Position numbers and translations under genes: made by a program
The notes under the pieces: generated by a model
What the model was told of the DNA's origin: nothing
The model's database searches: none
Seen by the model: the letters and a program-made list of their open reading frames with translations, nothing else
DNA from: Acidimicrobiia bacterium
Lineage (GTDB): Bacteria > Actinomycetota > Acidimicrobiia > Spongiisociales > ZC4RG35
NCBI GenBank assembly: GCA_035292685.1
Contig: DATDPP010000040.1
Span: 65,398-129,397, forward strand
Length of the DNA stretch: 64,000 nucleotides
Reading direction: 5' to 3'
In this document: piece after piece, positions 60,883-64,000 of the stretch
How the letters are laid out: every line of letters begins with the position of its first letter
Position numbering within the stretch: the first letter of the stretch is position 1

Positions 60883-61863
60883 CTAACGGGCCGCCTGGAG
60901 AAGGCCCTGGGCCCGGAACCAGTCGATGGTGCGTTGCACCGTTTCCTCGACCGGCAGGTAGCCCAGGCCCAGCTCCCGGGTCGCCCTGGTCCCGTCGTAG
61001 CGGTGCCCGTGGCGCAATGCGCGCACCATTTCGCGACACACCGGGGGGCGTCGTCCCAGGGCCCGCGCCCCAACCTCGACCACCCCAGCCAGCGCGGACA
61101 CCACCGAACCCGGCAGAAACCGGGGCTTGGAGGACAGCCCTCCCACCCGAGCCAGCAATGTCAGCGCCTCGCCCATAGTCAACGTGGCGCCGCTCAACAG
61201 GTAGCGCGCCCCGGGTTGACCCCGATCCGCGGCCAGGAGATGACCGCGGGCGCAATCATCGATGTCAATGATCGAGATCGTGGTCTCGACCAGAAAGGGG
61301 AGCTTGCCCCGCAGCGCGTCGAGGATCAGCCGGCCGGTCCCTGAAGCCCGGCCCGGCCCCTGTACCGAAGATGGGTTCACGCAAACGACGTCGAGCCCGG
61401 CCGACGTCTCGAGGAGGAGTTGTTCTGAGAGGTGCTTCGAGCGCTCGTAACGCGAGAGATACCAGCCTCGATGCGGGGTGGTCTCGGAGCCGACAGCACC
61501 CTCTTCCTCACCTATGGCCACGGCCGAGGAGGTGTGGATCAGCCGGTTCACTCCCGCTGCCCGACAGGCGTCGCGCACGTTGGCGGTGCCGACGATGTTC
61601 ACCCGGTCCATGTGCCCGGCGTCGATCGAGCACATTTCGTTGACCCCGGCGATGTGAAACACGCGATCCACCCCCGAGACCAACCGACCGAGACTCTCCG
61701 GGGCGAGCACGTCGCCGGGAATCGGCTCCCCCCCCAGTGCCGCGATCCGGCCCGCGGAGGCCTCGGTACGGGTCAAGCCCCTCACCTCATGGCCGGCAGC
61801 CACCAGATGTCTCACCACGGCGGCCCCCACGATTCCCGAGCCGCCGGTGACCGCGACCCTCAC
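60883..61863 (-). CDS. NAD-dependent epimerase/dehydratase (extended SDR)
   Basis: Start trimmed to GTG 61863 (GTGA overlap with pgsA). VAVTGGSGIVGAAV Rossmann motif and YERSK catalytic YxxxK. Confidence 0.8.
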   Translation of the reverse strand: MRVAVTGGSGIVGAAVVRHLVAAGHEVRGLTRTEASAGRIAALGGEPIPGDVLAPESLGRLVSGVDRVFHIAGVNEMCSIDAGHMDRVNIVGTANVRDACRAAGVNRLIHTSSAVAIGEEEGAVGSETTPHRGWYLSRYERSKHLSEQLLLETSAGLDVVCVNPSSVQGPGRASGTGRLILDALRGKLPFLVETTISIIDIDDCARGHLLAADRGQPGARYLLSGATLTMGEALTLLARVGGLSSKPRFLPGSVVSALAGVVEVGARALGRRPPVCREMVRALRHGHRYDGTRATRELGLGYLPVEETVQRTIDWFRAQGLLQAAR

Positions 61864-62402
61864 CTCGCGGTGCCGGCAGGCTCGGCACGCACCGTGTGCC
61901 AGAAGGCGGTCATATAGCCCCATGCCGAGCCGATGGTGGCGATCACGGCGATCAGCATCATCCATTGGTCCAGATACCAGGGCCCCCACCGCTCCTCGAG
62001 CCGGAAGAAGGCGAGAAAGATGGCAATGAACTGGGTGGCCGTTTTGATCTTTCCCCAGGTGGAGGGCCGAATCAGCCCTCCCTGGGCAGCCACCACCCCG
62101 CGCAGGGCCATCACCAGGAATTCACGAAAGATGATGATCGCCGCCGGCCAGATCGAGACCAGATCGACAGAGACCAGCGCAAGCAGGGTGCCGGTGACCA
62201 AGATCTTGTCGGCCGTGGTGTCGAGGAAGCCGCCGAGGATCGTGCCACCGCTGATCTTTCTCGCGAAGTAGCCGTCGAGATAGTCGGTGAAGGCGGCAAC
62301 CGCGAACACGGAGGCGGCAATCGTCAGCGAGTTCTCGATTTGCTCGCTCCTGGTGAATGCCATGATCACGGGCACCAGGAGGATCCGGGACAGCGCGAGC
62401 AT
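61860..62402 (-). CDS. pgsA: CDP-diacylglycerol--glycerol-3-phosphate 3-phosphatidyltransferase (CDP-alcohol phosphatidyltransferase family)
   Basis: 180 aa. DYLDGYFARK...GGFLDTTADKILV matches the family signature DGxxAR...G...D...D. Confidence 0.8.
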   Translation of the reverse strand: MLALSRILLVPVIMAFTRSEQIENSLTIAASVFAVAAFTDYLDGYFARKISGGTILGGFLDTTADKILVTGTLLALVSVDLVSIWPAAIIIFREFLVMALRGVVAAQGGLIRPSTWGKIKTATQFIAIFLAFFRLEERWGPWYLDQWMMLIAVIATIGSAWGYMTAFWHTVRAEPAGTAR

Positions 62403-62471
62403 GTCAGGCAGTGAGATGAGACCTCCTCGACTGGCCGCGATCTTATCTGTGGAAGCCGGGCAAACCTCGGG

Positions 62472-63962
<1,491 letters not shown>

Positions 63963-64000
63963 CGAGGAACTATGCCTTCCAGCCCGTTTTCGCGCGGGGA

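Overview
GC-rich, gene-dense chromosomal segment with about 60 protein genes and one tRNA-Leu(UAA). I saw no rRNA, CRISPR array, transposase or prophage. All calls rest on by-eye motif and synteny recognition from the ORF track and raw sequence; no database search or folding calculation was run.

Gene order looks actinobacterial. The right half (31-64 kb) is housekeeping: pyk, gatCAB, dapE-dapD, ligA, mnmA-iscS, modABC, a GNAT/acyl-CoA-synthetase protein acetyltransferase, ppx-DUF501-ftsB-eno, mazG, a parvulin lipoprotein, mfd, pgsA and glpK. The left half is more accessory:
- an envelope module at 1.2-7.3 kb: a mini membrane protein, a PYEW-domain methyltransferase and two convergent alkaline-phosphatase-superfamily membrane enzymes;
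- a GTPase-GTPase-MscS operon at 13.2-16.7 kb;
- a mosaic aromatic-catabolism cluster at 16.7-27.4 kb.

The aromatic cluster has a homoprotocatechuate-type core (LigB-type dioxygenase, MarR regulator, two aldehyde dehydrogenases, an FAH-family enzyme). It also carries a MerB-like lyase, an acetoacetate-decarboxylase-fold protein, a PLP decarboxylase and a P450-SnoaL pair.

The most unusual item is an unannotated 19-codon poly-cysteine micro-ORF (MTIHEDPSGCCGGGGCCCC, 28348-28407). It has its own SD, a candidate promoter/operator and a terminator hairpin, and it is divergent from a thiolate-rich ArsR/SmtB regulator. Many track ORFs were trimmed to internal starts that make 4-nt start/stop overlaps with the upstream gene. 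Long R/P/G-rich antisense ORFs were treated as high-GC shadow frames.
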